64,000 nucleotides of DNA, from positions 89,210-153,209 of the IMG/VR virus record IMGVR_UViG_2922727739_000003; one strand, given 5' to 3'. The position numbers were made by a program, and so were the translations under genes. Below, in pieces: positions 38,452 through 50,900 of this stretch; position 1 is the stretch's first letter; every line of letters starts with the position of its first letter. The notes under the pieces were generated by a model. The model saw only the letters and a program-made list of their open reading frames with translations, was not told the DNA's origin and made no database searches. Source of the DNA: a virus.

Positions 38452-39228
38452 ATGGCAATACAACTAGGACGCTACGGCTCCCGAAATAATCTCAATCTTC
38501 AAATTTTTGATTTTGTAACAAGTACTCCACTTATGACTTTCGACTATGCCACAACCACCAGTAACGAATGGACATCTGAGACGGTGTTTGCTAGAGGCGG
38601 TGATGGTAATCCCAAACGGATTGCATGGTCTGGAGATAAAGATTCAACACTCAAAGTAGAGACTCAAATTTTTACCTTGCAACACCTCGCTATGCTTGCT
38701 GGAGAACCTATTGAACAAGGAGCACAAGATATTTATAAGTCTCAAATTTTGACTGTCATGAAGGATACTTCTGGAGCAAAACAAATTACTTTAGACAAAG
38801 CACCAATTGGCGATAAGACTAATGTGAAGGTATTTTCATACACAAACGGAATTATGGTTGAAGCACAACCCATCAAAGAAATTGCTGATAATGTAGTGAC
38901 GCTAGATACCTCCGCTACTATCGATGTTGGTAGCGATGTTGAGGTTTACTATCAATACAATACTCCAAATGCAGCAAAGCTTTCGTATACGACCAAAGGA
39001 TTCCCGGGCTATGTATTTCTTGCAGGAGACACTTTGTATGCCGATGAGAAAGCTGGTAAGATGGTCGGTTCTCAGCAAATTTACCGTAAGGCTAAACTCC
39101 AAGCGAACTACACAGTTAACTACTCTCCTTCTGGCGACCCAAGTTCCCTTAGTTTGACGTTTGACTTGTTCCCCGTAACAGTTAATGGAGTAGAAGTAAT
39201 GAAAGAAGAAATTATCTATGAAAAATAA
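38452..39228 (+). CDS. Major tail tube protein (YomU-like)
   Basis: FARGGDGNPKRIAW...GDPSSLSLTFD; terminator at 39246-39274. Confidence 0.75.
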   Translation: MAIQLGRYGSRNNLNLQIFDFVTSTPLMTFDYATTTSNEWTSETVFARGGDGNPKRIAWSGDKDSTLKVETQIFTLQHLAMLAGEPIEQGAQDIYKSQILTVMKDTSGAKQITLDKAPIGDKTNVKVFSYTNGIMVEAQPIKEIADNVVTLDTSATIDVGSDVEVYYQYNTPNAAKLSYTTKGFPGYVFLAGDTLYADEKAGKMVGSQQIYRKAKLQANYTVNYSPSGDPSSLSLTFDLFPVTVNGVEVMKEEIIYEK

Positions 39229-39294
39229 ATAAATGCATAAACAATAAGAGCCGTGGGTTATCCTTCGGCTCTTTAATTTTACAAGGGAGATTAT

Positions 39295-40077
39295 ATGAAT
39301 CGAACTGTTACCATTGCAATGCCTGTTCGTAATCGTGAGTGGATATTAGATGAATATTTAAAAAGCTTATTGAATTTGAATTATCCTACTAACTTGATTG
39401 AATTCATATTTGTGATCAATGATTCAACTGATAATTCTTTAAATATACTGAAAAAATTCAAAAAACAGAATAAAGATAAATACAGGAATATTAAAATTGA
39501 AGTATACAATCGAAATGCTCCAGTTGACAAAAGGGATTTAAACATTAGAAACAACTTCATATATACTCATTTGAGTAAATTACGGAATTATATCATGTCA
39601 AAAACTAAAACTGACTATCTGATGTTTATAGACACAGATATCCTCATTCAACCTGATATCATTAATAATCTACTCAAACATAATAAAGATATCGTATCGG
39701 GGTTGATATGGAATGGATACGTTGTACGTCCTGAGAAGCCGTATCTATATCCAAACATCATGAAGCTCAATAACAAAGGCTACTTTGAACATATTGTAAA
39801 CAATCAGGTGAAGAATGCTCCCCTTGTCTCCTCCCCCACTCTTATGGAAGTTGATTTAACGGGAGCAGTAATTTTGCTAAGTCGTAAAGTCTACAAGTCG
39901 GTAAAATACGGATTTCATCCGCAAGGCGAGGATGCATACTTTTGTAAAATGGCTCAGAACAAAGGGTTTGAGCTTTTTTGTGATTTAAGTGTGTTTTCGA
40001 ATCATATTATGAGTCCAGAATATTTAAGGGAGTTCTTAAATGAAACAAAAAATAATACTTTATCCACCCACCCTTAA
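39295..40077 (+). CDS. GT-A fold (family 2-like) glycosyltransferase
   Basis: IAMPVRNR, NDSTD, DTD (DxD) and GED motifs. Confidence 0.88.
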   Translation: MNRTVTIAMPVRNREWILDEYLKSLLNLNYPTNLIEFIFVINDSTDNSLNILKKFKKQNKDKYRNIKIEVYNRNAPVDKRDLNIRNNFIYTHLSKLRNYIMSKTKTDYLMFIDTDILIQPDIINNLLKHNKDIVSGLIWNGYVVRPEKPYLYPNIMKLNNKGYFEHIVNNQVKNAPLVSSPTLMEVDLTGAVILLSRKVYKSVKYGFHPQGEDAYFCKMAQNKGFELFCDLSVFSNHIMSPEYLREFLNETKNNTLSTHP

Positions 40078-41044
40078 CTGGGATTTCCTCACGCAACGTC
40101 CCCAACAGATTGTTAAGCAATTTGCTCGAAGAGGTTGGACAGTGATTTTTTGTAATAACACTCAATCAGACAAACAGACCGAAGAAGTTGAACCTAATTT
40201 ATTTGTCTATCACAATTTCGAAGAAGTACTTAAACTAATTAAGCATAGAAGCATTAAAGTAGATATATTTTATTACACTTGGGCAAAATCGGCTCAATAT
40301 GTCGAAGATATAAAAGCAAAGATTAATATTTATGATTCAGTTGATAGTTTTAGTGATTGGTATGAATATGAAGATGATGCCATTAAGAAAGCCGACATTG
40401 TGTTAACATCTAGTCAGTTTCTGTATGACCTTAGAAGCAAAAGCAGTGAAAGTACATACCTAGTCAGAAATGCTTGTCCAGAATCATATATAAATAAACC
40501 CTCACAAATTCCTGAAGAATATAAAACATTAAATGGCCCAATTGCCCTCTTTTCAGGTGCTATTGGCTCTTGGGTGGATACTCGTCTGATTCGTAAAGTT
40601 GCAGAGAAATATACTACTGTACTTGTGGGGCAAGAGTTTGGCAAGGAATGTCCATCAAACGTTATTAAATTGGGAACCAAGAATCATGACGACCTTTACA
40701 ACTATTATGCTCATGCCGATGTATGTCTCCTTCCCTTCAATACTAAATTGGAAATCACACAAGCAGCATGTGCTATTAAAATGTTCGAACATATGGCTGC
40801 GGGTAAAATCACAGTAGCTACCAAATGGATGGAAACAGAGATTTATGATGAAGCTGTTCTAGTTGCTGATAATGACGATGAATTTTTAGCTCAAGTCGAC
40901 AAAGCAATCCAACATGGAAAAATGGATACCTATAAGGATTTATGCCTTAAACACGCTAAAGAAAATACATGGGAGAAACGTTCTGAACAGATACTTAAAG
41001 CCATTAATGATTACTGTTTAAAGAGTGGTGTTATACTTGACTAA
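40040..41044 (+). CDS. GT-B fold glycosyltransferase (GT4/TuaH-like)
   Basis: QRPQQI, YDSVD, FSGAIGSWVD, ADVCLLPF...IKMFEHMAAGK, NTWEKR. Confidence 0.88.
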   Translation: MKQKIILYPPTLNWDFLTQRPQQIVKQFARRGWTVIFCNNTQSDKQTEEVEPNLFVYHNFEEVLKLIKHRSIKVDIFYYTWAKSAQYVEDIKAKINIYDSVDSFSDWYEYEDDAIKKADIVLTSSQFLYDLRSKSSESTYLVRNACPESYINKPSQIPEEYKTLNGPIALFSGAIGSWVDTRLIRKVAEKYTTVLVGQEFGKECPSNVIKLGTKNHDDLYNYYAHADVCLLPFNTKLEITQAACAIKMFEHMAAGKITVATKWMETEIYDEAVLVADNDDEFLAQVDKAIQHGKMDTYKDLCLKHAKENTWEKRSEQILKAINDYCLKSGVILD

Positions 41045-42008
41045 AAAATTAAAAGTGCTTTTCACAAATAATGCAGCGTTGATCAAGTATGGCATTGCGT
41101 CAGGCTTTAAGAACCTTGGATGTGACACTTATATTATGGATGGTAGATACCAACTGTGGGATAAGTCTAAGGAAGTTCAGAGTGAGTTATTCAAAGAGGT
41201 AGTTGAAAATTATAAACCCGACATTATTTTTTCAGAATGCTTCGCTAACTTTGCTGAAGATATATTTGAACACACTAAAGAAAAAGGCATTTTTCATGCT
41301 TATTGGGCAATCGAAGATACTCCTCATGATCACTGGATAGGTGACTACTGGTCAGACTATGCTGATCACATCTTTACTACCACCGCCGAATGTTTACCAA
41401 ATTACTGGAACAAAGGTAAAAAGGCAGAGTTGATGTTATTTGGGTGTAACCCCTCTTTCCACAAGACAGTAACAGCTAAGGCAAGTTATGATATTTCACT
41501 AGTAGCTAATAACTACGAACGAAGATCTAAACAAACGAAAGACTTTATTTTGCCCTTGGTTGAACAAGGATTTGATATATCTATATACGGTAATGATTGG
41601 TGGATGGATAGAAACCGTGAGATAAATTTGGTGAGTCATCCTCATGTATATAAGGGATATAAGGCATACGAAGACCTCCCTCTACTCTACTCTTCTTCAA
41701 AAATTATCATTGGACAAAACTTAGACGATCATTCTATCACACAAACTTCAATGAGACCCTTTGAAGCAGTAGCCATAGGTGGAGGGATATTTGTGTCCCC
41801 GTGGACTAAAGCTCAAGAGTACCTGTTTCATGATTTAATATATTTACCTAAGACAACTGACGATATGATTCATATGGTCAAAGAAGTTCTGACCATGACA
41901 GATAGACAGCGAAAAATCAAAGCAAAAAAAGCACAAAGATTTGTATATAAATATCACAATTACGACATTAGGGCATCACAAGTTGTTGATGCTTATTTTT
42001 GTCGTTAA
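41025..42008 (+). CDS. CgeB-like glycosyltransferase
   Basis: YWAIEDTP, FGCNPSFH, YSSSKIIIG...SMRPFEA...HNYDIRA. Confidence 0.85.
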   Translation: MVLYLTKKLKVLFTNNAALIKYGIASGFKNLGCDTYIMDGRYQLWDKSKEVQSELFKEVVENYKPDIIFSECFANFAEDIFEHTKEKGIFHAYWAIEDTPHDHWIGDYWSDYADHIFTTTAECLPNYWNKGKKAELMLFGCNPSFHKTVTAKASYDISLVANNYERRSKQTKDFILPLVEQGFDISIYGNDWWMDRNREINLVSHPHVYKGYKAYEDLPLLYSSSKIIIGQNLDDHSITQTSMRPFEAVAIGGGIFVSPWTKAQEYLFHDLIYLPKTTDDMIHMVKEVLTMTDRQRKIKAKKAQRFVYKYHNYDIRASQVVDAYFCR

Positions 42009-42022
42009 GGAGAGTGTAATTA

Positions 42023-42550
42023 TTGGCTAAGAAGTTAACAGCAACTGAACTCAATAAGTTAAAGACTAATCTAAATAAAAAGAAAAATGAGTACATCAAA
42101 ACTAATGATGGAGAAGAATACGAAGTTGCTGTATGCGTTGAATTTCGCGACTCTCTAATCGAGAACGTTGCTATGTCTTATATTGGATACCTTCAAGAGC
42201 TACGTGAAACATCAAAAAATGACCAGCTCGACAATGAATTGATTAAGGGTACATTGAAATTAGTTCCTGTCTTAGCTTTTAGAGAGTTTACCAATATTCC
42301 CGTTTCAAAAAAGGCAACACTGAAAGAAATCATTGGGCTATCTGAGCTGCTTGCAGATAAAGGTATTACCGATGCACTAGTGAGTAAGTTCCCCGAAGGC
42401 GAGTATCAAAAGATTGTCAATAAGATTGAACTGGCTGCGAAAAGTGCTAAGGCAACCGTAGGAGAAATTATGTTAGCTAATGCTTTAAATCAGGATGGTG
42501 ATGATAATGGATTTCAACAATCTGACGGATTTGATGAAACACTTGAATGA
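42023..42550 (+). CDS. Tail assembly chaperone-like protein (YomO-like)
   Basis: MAKKLT...FTNIP; synteny. Confidence 0.55.
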   Translation: MAKKLTATELNKLKTNLNKKKNEYIKTNDGEEYEVAVCVEFRDSLIENVAMSYIGYLQELRETSKNDQLDNELIKGTLKLVPVLAFREFTNIPVSKKATLKEIIGLSELLADKGITDALVSKFPEGEYQKIVNKIELAAKSAKATVGEIMLANALNQDGDDNGFQQSDGFDETLE

Positions 42551-42935
42551 ACAAGTTGCTGAGACACTAAAGGTTGAAGTAGGTAATACCGCAAAAGAAA
42601 CAATGAAAGATAAGATTCAGGAAGAAGTGTATTCCGTATATTCCCCTACTGTTTATCAGCGACAAGGCGAACATGGTGGATTAACCGATGACGAAAACAT
42701 CGAAGTAAGAATGATAGCTAAGGACACTGTATCTATCGAAAGTAAACGTATGGATGATGGTAGGAATGTGAGTGAAATTGTTGAGACGGGTCAAGGATAC
42801 CAATATTCGTTTCCTTACGCTGGAGTAGCAAGACCATTCACCGAAGCAACTAGAGAAGAATTGGAGAATAGCGGCGTAGTCGAAGCTGTTTTATATAAGG
42901 GATTACGTAAAAAAGGATTGGACGTACAGAAATAA
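42507..42935 (+). CDS. YomN-like tail completion protein
   Basis: EEVYSVYSPTVYQR...ARPFTE. Confidence 0.6.
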   Translation: MDFNNLTDLMKHLNEQVAETLKVEVGNTAKETMKDKIQEEVYSVYSPTVYQRQGEHGGLTDDENIEVRMIAKDTVSIESKRMDDGRNVSEIVETGQGYQYSFPYAGVARPFTEATREELENSGVVEAVLYKGLRKKGLDVQK

Positions 42936-42974
42936 AGTAAAACTAAAAAATATTAAACAATATAAGGAGAATAT

Positions 42975-43295
42975 ATGAAAATCAATAAACACATGATTGC
43001 ATTTTTTATTTATGGTTTAAACACATTAATTGATAATGGGGAAAACATAAACAAAACTGATATGCTAAAACTTATAGAATCAAAAGATATTATTTCATAC
43101 ATAAACAGAACTTTTAAATTAAAATATTGGGATTTTACAGCACTGATAAAATATGAAGACGACTTGTCTGATCGATTAATGGAATATTATCCTTACCTCA
43201 GTAACGATAGTTATAGTAAATTTGGTGTTGAAAACAATGGCTATATTATATTAAATTCTATTGCGACAGGTTTGCTATTGGATTTTAATGACTAA
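42975..43295 (+). CDS. Hypothetical low-GC protein
   Basis: AAGGAG RBS. Confidence 0.65.
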   Translation: MKINKHMIAFFIYGLNTLIDNGENINKTDMLKLIESKDIISYINRTFKLKYWDFTALIKYEDDLSDRLMEYYPYLSNDSYSKFGVENNGYIILNSIATGLLLDFND

Positions 43296-43431
43296 GAAAT
43301 TAGGCCATGAATATAAATTCTTGGTTGTGATGTAATTTATGATAATACATGGGAGTGTTTCTTAATGAATCCAAAACAACGTGATGAGTTCACCTAAATA
43401 CTCATTAATAATACATAAGGATTTGATGTGA

Positions 43432-44433
43432 ATGAGCAAAAAAGAAGTAAAAAAGAATACTTTGCGCGAACCAGCTAAAAAGCAAGCCGAAGTCACAGAT
43501 GATATGTGGCAGCAAGTCAATGAAGATTATAGATTTAATGCTGAAGAGTTTGTTTCTGTGCAGGATCTTTCCCCTCAATCTCGCAAACAATACACGAGTG
43601 TAATTAGGCAGTTTGGGTGGTACATGGTTAACTCTATGAACAACAAGCCATTTTACAAAATTACAAAGAGAGACTTTCTTCGTTACCTAAGCTATATACG
43701 CGACAATAGAAAAATGTCCTCGTCAGCAATCAGTTTTAGAAAGTCTGTCATTTCAAGTTTTTGTAATCATATAGAAAACATCATCGCAGAAGAAGATGAA
43801 AACTATAAGAGCTTCCGAAATTTCACTCGTGGCCTCCCTTCTATCGCCAAGAATCGCGTTTATGAAAAAATTAAGGTTACTAAAGATGAATATGACATGA
43901 TGATGAGCGTTTTAGAAGAAGACGAAAACTGGCTTGGAATGGCTTGGTTGGCTACCGCTTTTAGAGTTGGTGCGCGACGATCAGAGATCATTCAGTTTAA
44001 GACTGAAATATTGGATTATGAAGTGTCGGATGACAAAAATTATATTATGACCCACAACGTAAGAGGTAAAGGAAAATCAATCGACGGAAAGCCAATTCAA
44101 TATATGATTCCATTAGACGTTATTCCCCATCTGAGAAAATGGGTTGATTCTCGTGGCTATGATAGCGAATATATTTTTACTACTAAATACGGAAATGAAA
44201 TTAAAGCGATGTCTCCTGCTTGGGCAGATGACTTTTGTTCTAATACCCTCTCTGATATTTTAGAGCGTAGGGTTAATGTTCATATTTTCAAAAATTCATG
44301 TATCACATATCTCCTTGAAAGTGGGAAAGATATTAAGATAGTCTCCAAGTTTGTGGCGCATCATAATGATATTTCCACTACCTCTATTTATGACCTGCGT
44401 GATTTTGAAGATGAGAAAAATAAGATTTTTTAA
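43432..44433 (+). CDS. Tyrosine recombinase family protein (YomM-like)
   Basis: GARRSE (R), RGKGK (K), HIFK (HxxK in place of HxxR), AHH, TSIYD (Y). Confidence 0.88.
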   Translation: MSKKEVKKNTLREPAKKQAEVTDDMWQQVNEDYRFNAEEFVSVQDLSPQSRKQYTSVIRQFGWYMVNSMNNKPFYKITKRDFLRYLSYIRDNRKMSSSAISFRKSVISSFCNHIENIIAEEDENYKSFRNFTRGLPSIAKNRVYEKIKVTKDEYDMMMSVLEEDENWLGMAWLATAFRVGARRSEIIQFKTEILDYEVSDDKNYIMTHNVRGKGKSIDGKPIQYMIPLDVIPHLRKWVDSRGYDSEYIFTTKYGNEIKAMSPAWADDFCSNTLSDILERRVNVHIFKNSCITYLLESGKDIKIVSKFVAHHNDISTTSIYDLRDFEDEKNKIF

Positions 44434-44498
44434 TTAGCTTGACCCAGTAAAACTATCCTTTTATCACAATTACATATCTTAATTTAAAGGGAGTCAAA

Positions 44499-44921
44499 AT
44501 GAAACTATACAAATTTGAACTTGAAAATTTTATAGCTTATCTAGATAAATTAAAAACAGACCGAACCGACACTAGACATAGAGTTAAATTTAAAGGTTTA
44601 CTTACTGACCATTACACAGAACTTTTAAATGATGCAAATGATATCAACCTTGATTATGTGATTAAAGATAAAGAAGGAAATCCCATCGTTGAAAACGGAA
44701 AATATACCTTCGAGAATGATAATGAACGGCTCTCTGAGTTAAACAAGCTTTATAATGAAGAAGTTGTAATTGATGAAACAGAAGAACGAAAAGCTATGCT
44801 CCTATCTGTTAAAGAATCGGTGATCAATCGTGGCCCAACCGAATTTACTGGTATCGAAGGAGACTGGTATGTTCGTTTCTGTGAAATTGTAGAACAAATT
44901 AAATTTAAGGACGAACAGTAA
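44499..44921 (+). CDS. Hypothetical protein
   Basis: GGGAG RBS; terminator at 44920-44948. Confidence 0.7.
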   Translation: MKLYKFELENFIAYLDKLKTDRTDTRHRVKFKGLLTDHYTELLNDANDINLDYVIKDKEGNPIVENGKYTFENDNERLSELNKLYNEEVVIDETEERKAMLLSVKESVINRGPTEFTGIEGDWYVRFCEIVEQIKFKDEQ

Positions 44922-44988
44922 GAAGAGATATTAAGTCTCTTCTTTTTTCTATTTTTCTAAAGTAAAAAAAGGAAGTGACTTAAACGTA

Positions 44989-47900
44989 ATGGCAGATATG
45001 CGTATATTAATAAGTGCTGGCTTAAATGTAGGTAAATCAATTGGGGATGTAAATGCTTCAATTAAAGCGTTGAGCAAGCACCCTTCTCTTCAGAAGTTAG
45101 ATTTAAAAATTAATGTAGACCAAAGTTTTGTAAAATCGATTCAAGGATTTATTGATGCTACAAAGAAGCTTAATGTAGCAATGGAACAGCAAAATAGAGT
45201 TGTAAAAGAAACGCAAGATGTGTACAAAAACTTAGATGGTACTGTTAAACAGGTTACTCAGCAAGTATTAAAGAACGGCGAAGTAATCGAAAAATCCAAA
45301 ACAGTTCATGATGCCAATAAAAAGGCTGTAAATGATGAATCCAAATCTCTACAAGACCAAATCCGTACACTAAAACAGCTAGAAAAGGAACTTGAAGGCT
45401 ATACACTAGCTAAAACCAGAGCCAACAAGAATAAACTTGGTGAAACAAATAGCACAACTAATACATATAAGAATGATTCTGGACAACAGATATCCGTAAA
45501 GTTGGATCAGCAAGGTAACGTAAAAAACTATAGCGAGATTAATGAAATATTGAAGCAACAACAAGCAGCACTTAAGTCGGCTGAAACTATGGATAGAGCA
45601 CACTATGATGCATTAAAGTCCAATAAGCAACGCATTGAAGCTATGGATAAGTTGCACTATCAAGCGTTGCAAAGAAATAGAGAGATCGACAAACGTAATC
45701 AAGAGCAATCATTAAAAGCTGCTGAGTCATTAGATCGTGCTCACTATCAAGCTCTAAAGTCGAATAGTGAAAGACAAATTGCACAAGAAAAGCAACATGC
45801 CTTAGCTTTACAACAAAATGCTAAAAGAGATCAGCAATATGCTCAATCTGTGGCAAATACACAACAAAAGATTAATGATGCCAGAAGTAAATTTAGCGGC
45901 AACACTCAAGCTCAAAATAGTTTAGCTGAATTAGAAAATAGACTAAAAGGCATACGTAATATTGGTGATTTTAAGTCACCTCTAGGAAATTTAAATAACG
46001 ATTTAAAAAGAACAGTGCAAGGTTTTAATGAAGCGAGCAAAAGTTCTGAAACTTTCGGCAGTTCCATACAAGGCATACTTAAAAGTATGATCATGTGGTC
46101 GGCAGTCACCGCCGCAATCTATGCTCCAATTAATGCTTTTAAAGAAGGTATTCAACATATCTATGAGCTAGACAAAGCAATGACCAATCTCAAAAAAGTT
46201 ACAGATGAAACAAATGAAATGTACCAGCAAGTCATTTCGAACTCGTCTAAAACGGCAAATGAAATTGGCGGTTTGACTTTAGATGTAATCAACTCCACCA
46301 CTGAATGGGCAAGACTAGGTTACACAATTCAGCAATCGCAGCAACTTGCCAAACAAACTTTGGTTTATCAAAATGTTGGTGATATCACAAATGCCCAAGA
46401 AGCATCTAAGCAGCTTATTTCCTCAATTAAGGGATTTGGTATTGAGGTAGATAACGAAGGCAAGAACATCCAACATGTTGTAGATGTTTATAATGAGGTT
46501 GGTAATAAATTTGCTATCTCCACTGAAGGAATTGGTCAAGCGGTACAAAGATCGGCATCCTCCCTTTCCTCTGCTGGCAATACAATTGAACAGTCAGTCG
46601 CTTTGATAACAGCAGCAAATAGTACAGTGCAAGATCCAGCTAAAGTAGGTAATGCACTCAAAACACTTTCAATGCGTCTACGTGGTGTGGGAGAAGATGG
46701 AGAAGCAATCGATGGACTCGTTCCTAAGCTTGAGAAAAAGTTCCAATCACTTGGATTAACACTTAAAAAAGATGATAAAACTTTTAAAAGTACTTATGAA
46801 ATCTTCGATGACCTGTCTAAGATATGGAAGAACCTTAGTGATATTCAACAAGCCGACATCCTAGAATTAGTTGCTGGAAAAATGCAAGGTAATATTGCAG
46901 CCTCCATGATTAGTAACTGGAAAGATGCTCAAGCCTCTTTAGAGGCAGGTATTAATTCATTCGGTTCAGCATCTAAGGAAAATGAAACCTACCTTGCATC
47001 GTTAGAGGGAAGAATTCATACTTTTACTAATGCAGTTAGTGCGTTTTGGGAACATTCAATCAGTGCTAGCTTTCTAAAGGGTGTTGTTGATTTAGGAACT
47101 ACTCTTATTAACGTACTAGGTAAAGTATCTAGTACAATTGGATTTCTCCCTACAGTTGTAGGAGCTGTTACACTAGCATTTATGTTGTTTTCGAAAACTG
47201 GGCTTACTCCACTCTACACCATGTTGCTTTCGATTCCTGCTAAAATCAATTTAATGAAAGCAAGTTTACAGTCGCTTATTGCTACCAATGGTCTCGCCTC
47301 TGCTTCACTTAAAATACTCGGTACCTCTTTTGCTGCCTTGGGTAGAACTATTGCACCATTAGCCATTATTACTGGAGTTACTTGGGCTTTGACAGAACTG
47401 TTTTCTTGGATTTCAAAATCCAACGAAGCCGCCAGAGAAGCTAGGACGATTAACTATGACACTGTAAACTCGTATAGAGAGCAAAAGAAGTCTATAGAAG
47501 ATTTGTCTCAGGAAATGAGTACACTCCAAGAAGCTGAAAGCAATCAAACAATCAATACAGATCAGAAAAAGAGATTGCTAGAAATTCAAGTAATGCTGGT
47601 CGAGCAATACGGTGTTGCTGCTAACAAAATTAATGCCGAAGGAAAGGCTTATACTGATTCAGTTGAAGCAATTAATACTCGTACTGAAGCACTACAGAAG
47701 CAAATCGAAGCGGAAAATTCGCTTAATCGATCCAAATTGGCTGGTCAAGATAATGAAAGCACAACAAAAATAAAAGATAGTAAAGAAGAAGTTGAAGAGT
47801 ACCAAAAGAAAATAGATACAACTAAGAAACAAATCGAATTGCTTAAGAAAGATCTAGAATCAGGGAAGTTGTCTCCTGATACTAAAATTAATACATCGGA

Positions 47901-50900
47901 CATTCTTAAAAAGTATGGCGATTTGGCTACCTCTGATTCAATTTTTGGTAAGGATTTAGATCAACTACAGTACTCAGCAAAAGGATTGTTGGAGCAGTAC
48001 AATCGGACAGACGCAGAATTGCAAGGTAAAATGTCTGAGTCTAATGGAAAGTTATATGAAGCATTAAGTGGAAGAATAAAAGTTCTCCAAGATTCCACGA
48101 CTCAATATATATCTGAATTGACCGACAAAGGTAAAACAGTATCTGATTCACAGCGCGCTTTTGTACAAGAAATGGTTAAATCCATTGCTGGTAACTCTTC
48201 GAGTCTTAATGTACAAGAAAATCAAATTCACCAAGTAGTTGATAGTCTTAATAACAGTAATATTGAAGGCTTAATTCAAAAATATCAAAAACTAAGCGAT
48301 GCCTTTAAGCTTGACCCTTCAACTCAAAATAATAATGAGATATTGAAAGTCCGCAACGACATTTCTGCGCTATTGGAAACCGTAACTAATGGCGTTCCAA
48401 TGTTTGGAGATTACAAAGAATCTGTAATGGCAATGTTCCCAGCTTTTAGTATGGCAGACGTTGCCGCTCAACAATTTGCTAAAACATCGGGACAAATTGA
48501 GTCATTACAAAAATCTCTCCAATCTGCATATAAGGACACTACCTCGGAGATTAAAGATTTAAACAAGGTAATGGCAGACATTAGTAAAGGTAACGCCTTA
48601 AACGCTGATCAAGTAGCTGAGCTAATTGTTAAGTACCCTTCTCTTGCTGGACACATCAAAAAAGTTGCTGACGGTTGGACAATTGAAAAATCAGCAATTC
48701 AAGCTCTACAGAAAGCAAAGATTACTGAAACTAAATACACTCTAGAACAAGAGAAGACAAAGACTACTCAACTCCTTCAAGCCACATTAAATCGATTAAA
48801 GATTTATGATATCGAAGTCAATGCCTTAGATCAGATAGCAAATAAGCAGAAGGCTATAGATGAGCTGAATTCCAAAAAGATTCCAACATCTGATGGAATG
48901 AATGTTAAAGCTCCAAGTATTCTACCGGGTTTGAATCCCATTATGGATGGCTACCTACCCAAACTAGCCCAAGAACATAATAAACTTATCGATGAGACTA
49001 AGAGTCAAGTTGAAACAGTTTCTGATTTGTATAAGCAGTTAAATGATTTAGGAAAATTGTTTGATGATCCGAATTATGGTGTCAGCACAGAATCAAAAAA
49101 GAAAAATGATCAATACAATGATTCTATGTCGCAGACTAATGAAATCCTCACTGAAACACAGAAGAAGCTTAAAGCTGTTGAAGCTGCTCAAGATGCTTTG
49201 AATAGTAAAAAGAGTCGATTGAAAAAAGGTTCTGAGGAATACGGTAAAGCGCTTAAAGAGGAAATCAAACTTCTTGAAAAGCAAGCTGCATTGCTAACCG
49301 AAGGAATTAAAGATCCATCTAAACTAGTATCCACGAAAGTCACTACCACTACAAAAGGTGGAACTGGATTAGACTCGATGATCTCTGAGGCTCTTTCTTT
49401 GTCATCATCCAAAACGTTCAAATATAGTCAAGCAGCTAAATCTAATGTTAGCTATGATCAATTTACAGCCACTGCTGTATCCGATTGTTCCCTGTTCGTT
49501 CAACAGATGTTTAAAGAATTCCTTGATATCAAGCTTCCTCGAACTACACAGGAGCAAGTAAAACAAGGTCAAGCCGTGACCAATAAAAAGGATTTGCAAA
49601 AGGGCGATCTTGTATTCTTTAACACTGTTAAAGGTAAAGCCAATTCACATGTTGGCGTGTACATGGGTGACGGAAACTTTATGCAGATGGGTAATTCGGG
49701 ATTGAAGCAAGGCAATCTGAACGACAAGTATTGGGCAGATAAATACAGTGGCGCTAGACGTATTCCCGGTGCTAATGCTATTCCTGAAGTTCAACCTCCC
49801 TCCACTTCTACATCAACAAAAGTAACTGGTAAGAATGCTGACCTGATCAATAAATATGCTGGAGCCAACGGTGTAGATCCTGCACTAATCAAAGCTATCA
49901 TTCAACAAGAGTCAGGTAATGGCGCTAAAGGCATCAAAAATGTTATGCAGGTGAGCAGCCTTGGTAAAAACGCTAGTGTTGAAAGCAGTATTAAAACGGG
50001 AACCTCAATGTTTGCTAAGTATCTGAATCAAACTGGCAATGTTGAAGTTGCTCTTGCTATGTATAATATGGGGCCGGGTATCCTGGACTATTTTAATAAA
50101 AATGGCGGCTATTCTGTTGAGAATATGAAGAAATTCTCTGCTCTACAGAAACAGAAAACAGGAAGCAAGGTTTATGGAGATACCAATTATGTTAGCAATG
50201 TACTGAGATACTATGATGGTGATACCTCGTCTGTTTCAGGTGGCAAATCTAAAAACAAGTACACCCTCCCTTCTGCTTCTGACATGGATAAGGCTCAAGC
50301 CGATGCGCGTGAACAAAGAACAACTACATACGACAACATTTATAAAGCGCGAATTGATTACATTGATAACTATGTGACAATAGGTCAAAACAAGCTTGAT
50401 GCTTTGGATGCTGATATTGCTAAATCTCAAGGTAGACAGGCTAAGTATGATCAAGTATCAGCAAACTGGCGAAAAGAAGAATCTTCTCAAATTAAGTCAC
50501 TGACAGCGCAACAAAAGGAATTAGTCTCTCAGAATATCAATCTTGATAATCTAGTTAAGCAAAATAAGATTACATCTGGTGAGTTTGATAAGCAGAAATC
50601 TTCGAACAGTACAAAGTGGTGGGAACTAGAACAGCAGAAACAAGAAAAATACTATGCTATCATTGTCTCTAATCTTGATGAATATGAGAAGAAGATTAAT
50701 GCTGCTGCTGATAAGATAGCTCTATCCAAGGCTCGTATGGAATCGTTGGATGAAAACTCAAAGGCATATCAACAAGAGCTTATTACTCAGATTGGGTTGA
50801 TAAATGAGCAACGTGTAGCTACAGAGAAAGAGATTTTAGCTGTAGAGAGACAGTTGAAAAATGAAAAGTTGAATTTGCAAAATAAAGAAGAATTGTCTAA

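Noticed and set aside
42023-42935. Programmed frameshift between tail chaperone genes
   Set aside because: The second ORF has its own RBS-like GGTGA and ATG; no clear slippery heptamer in the overlap.
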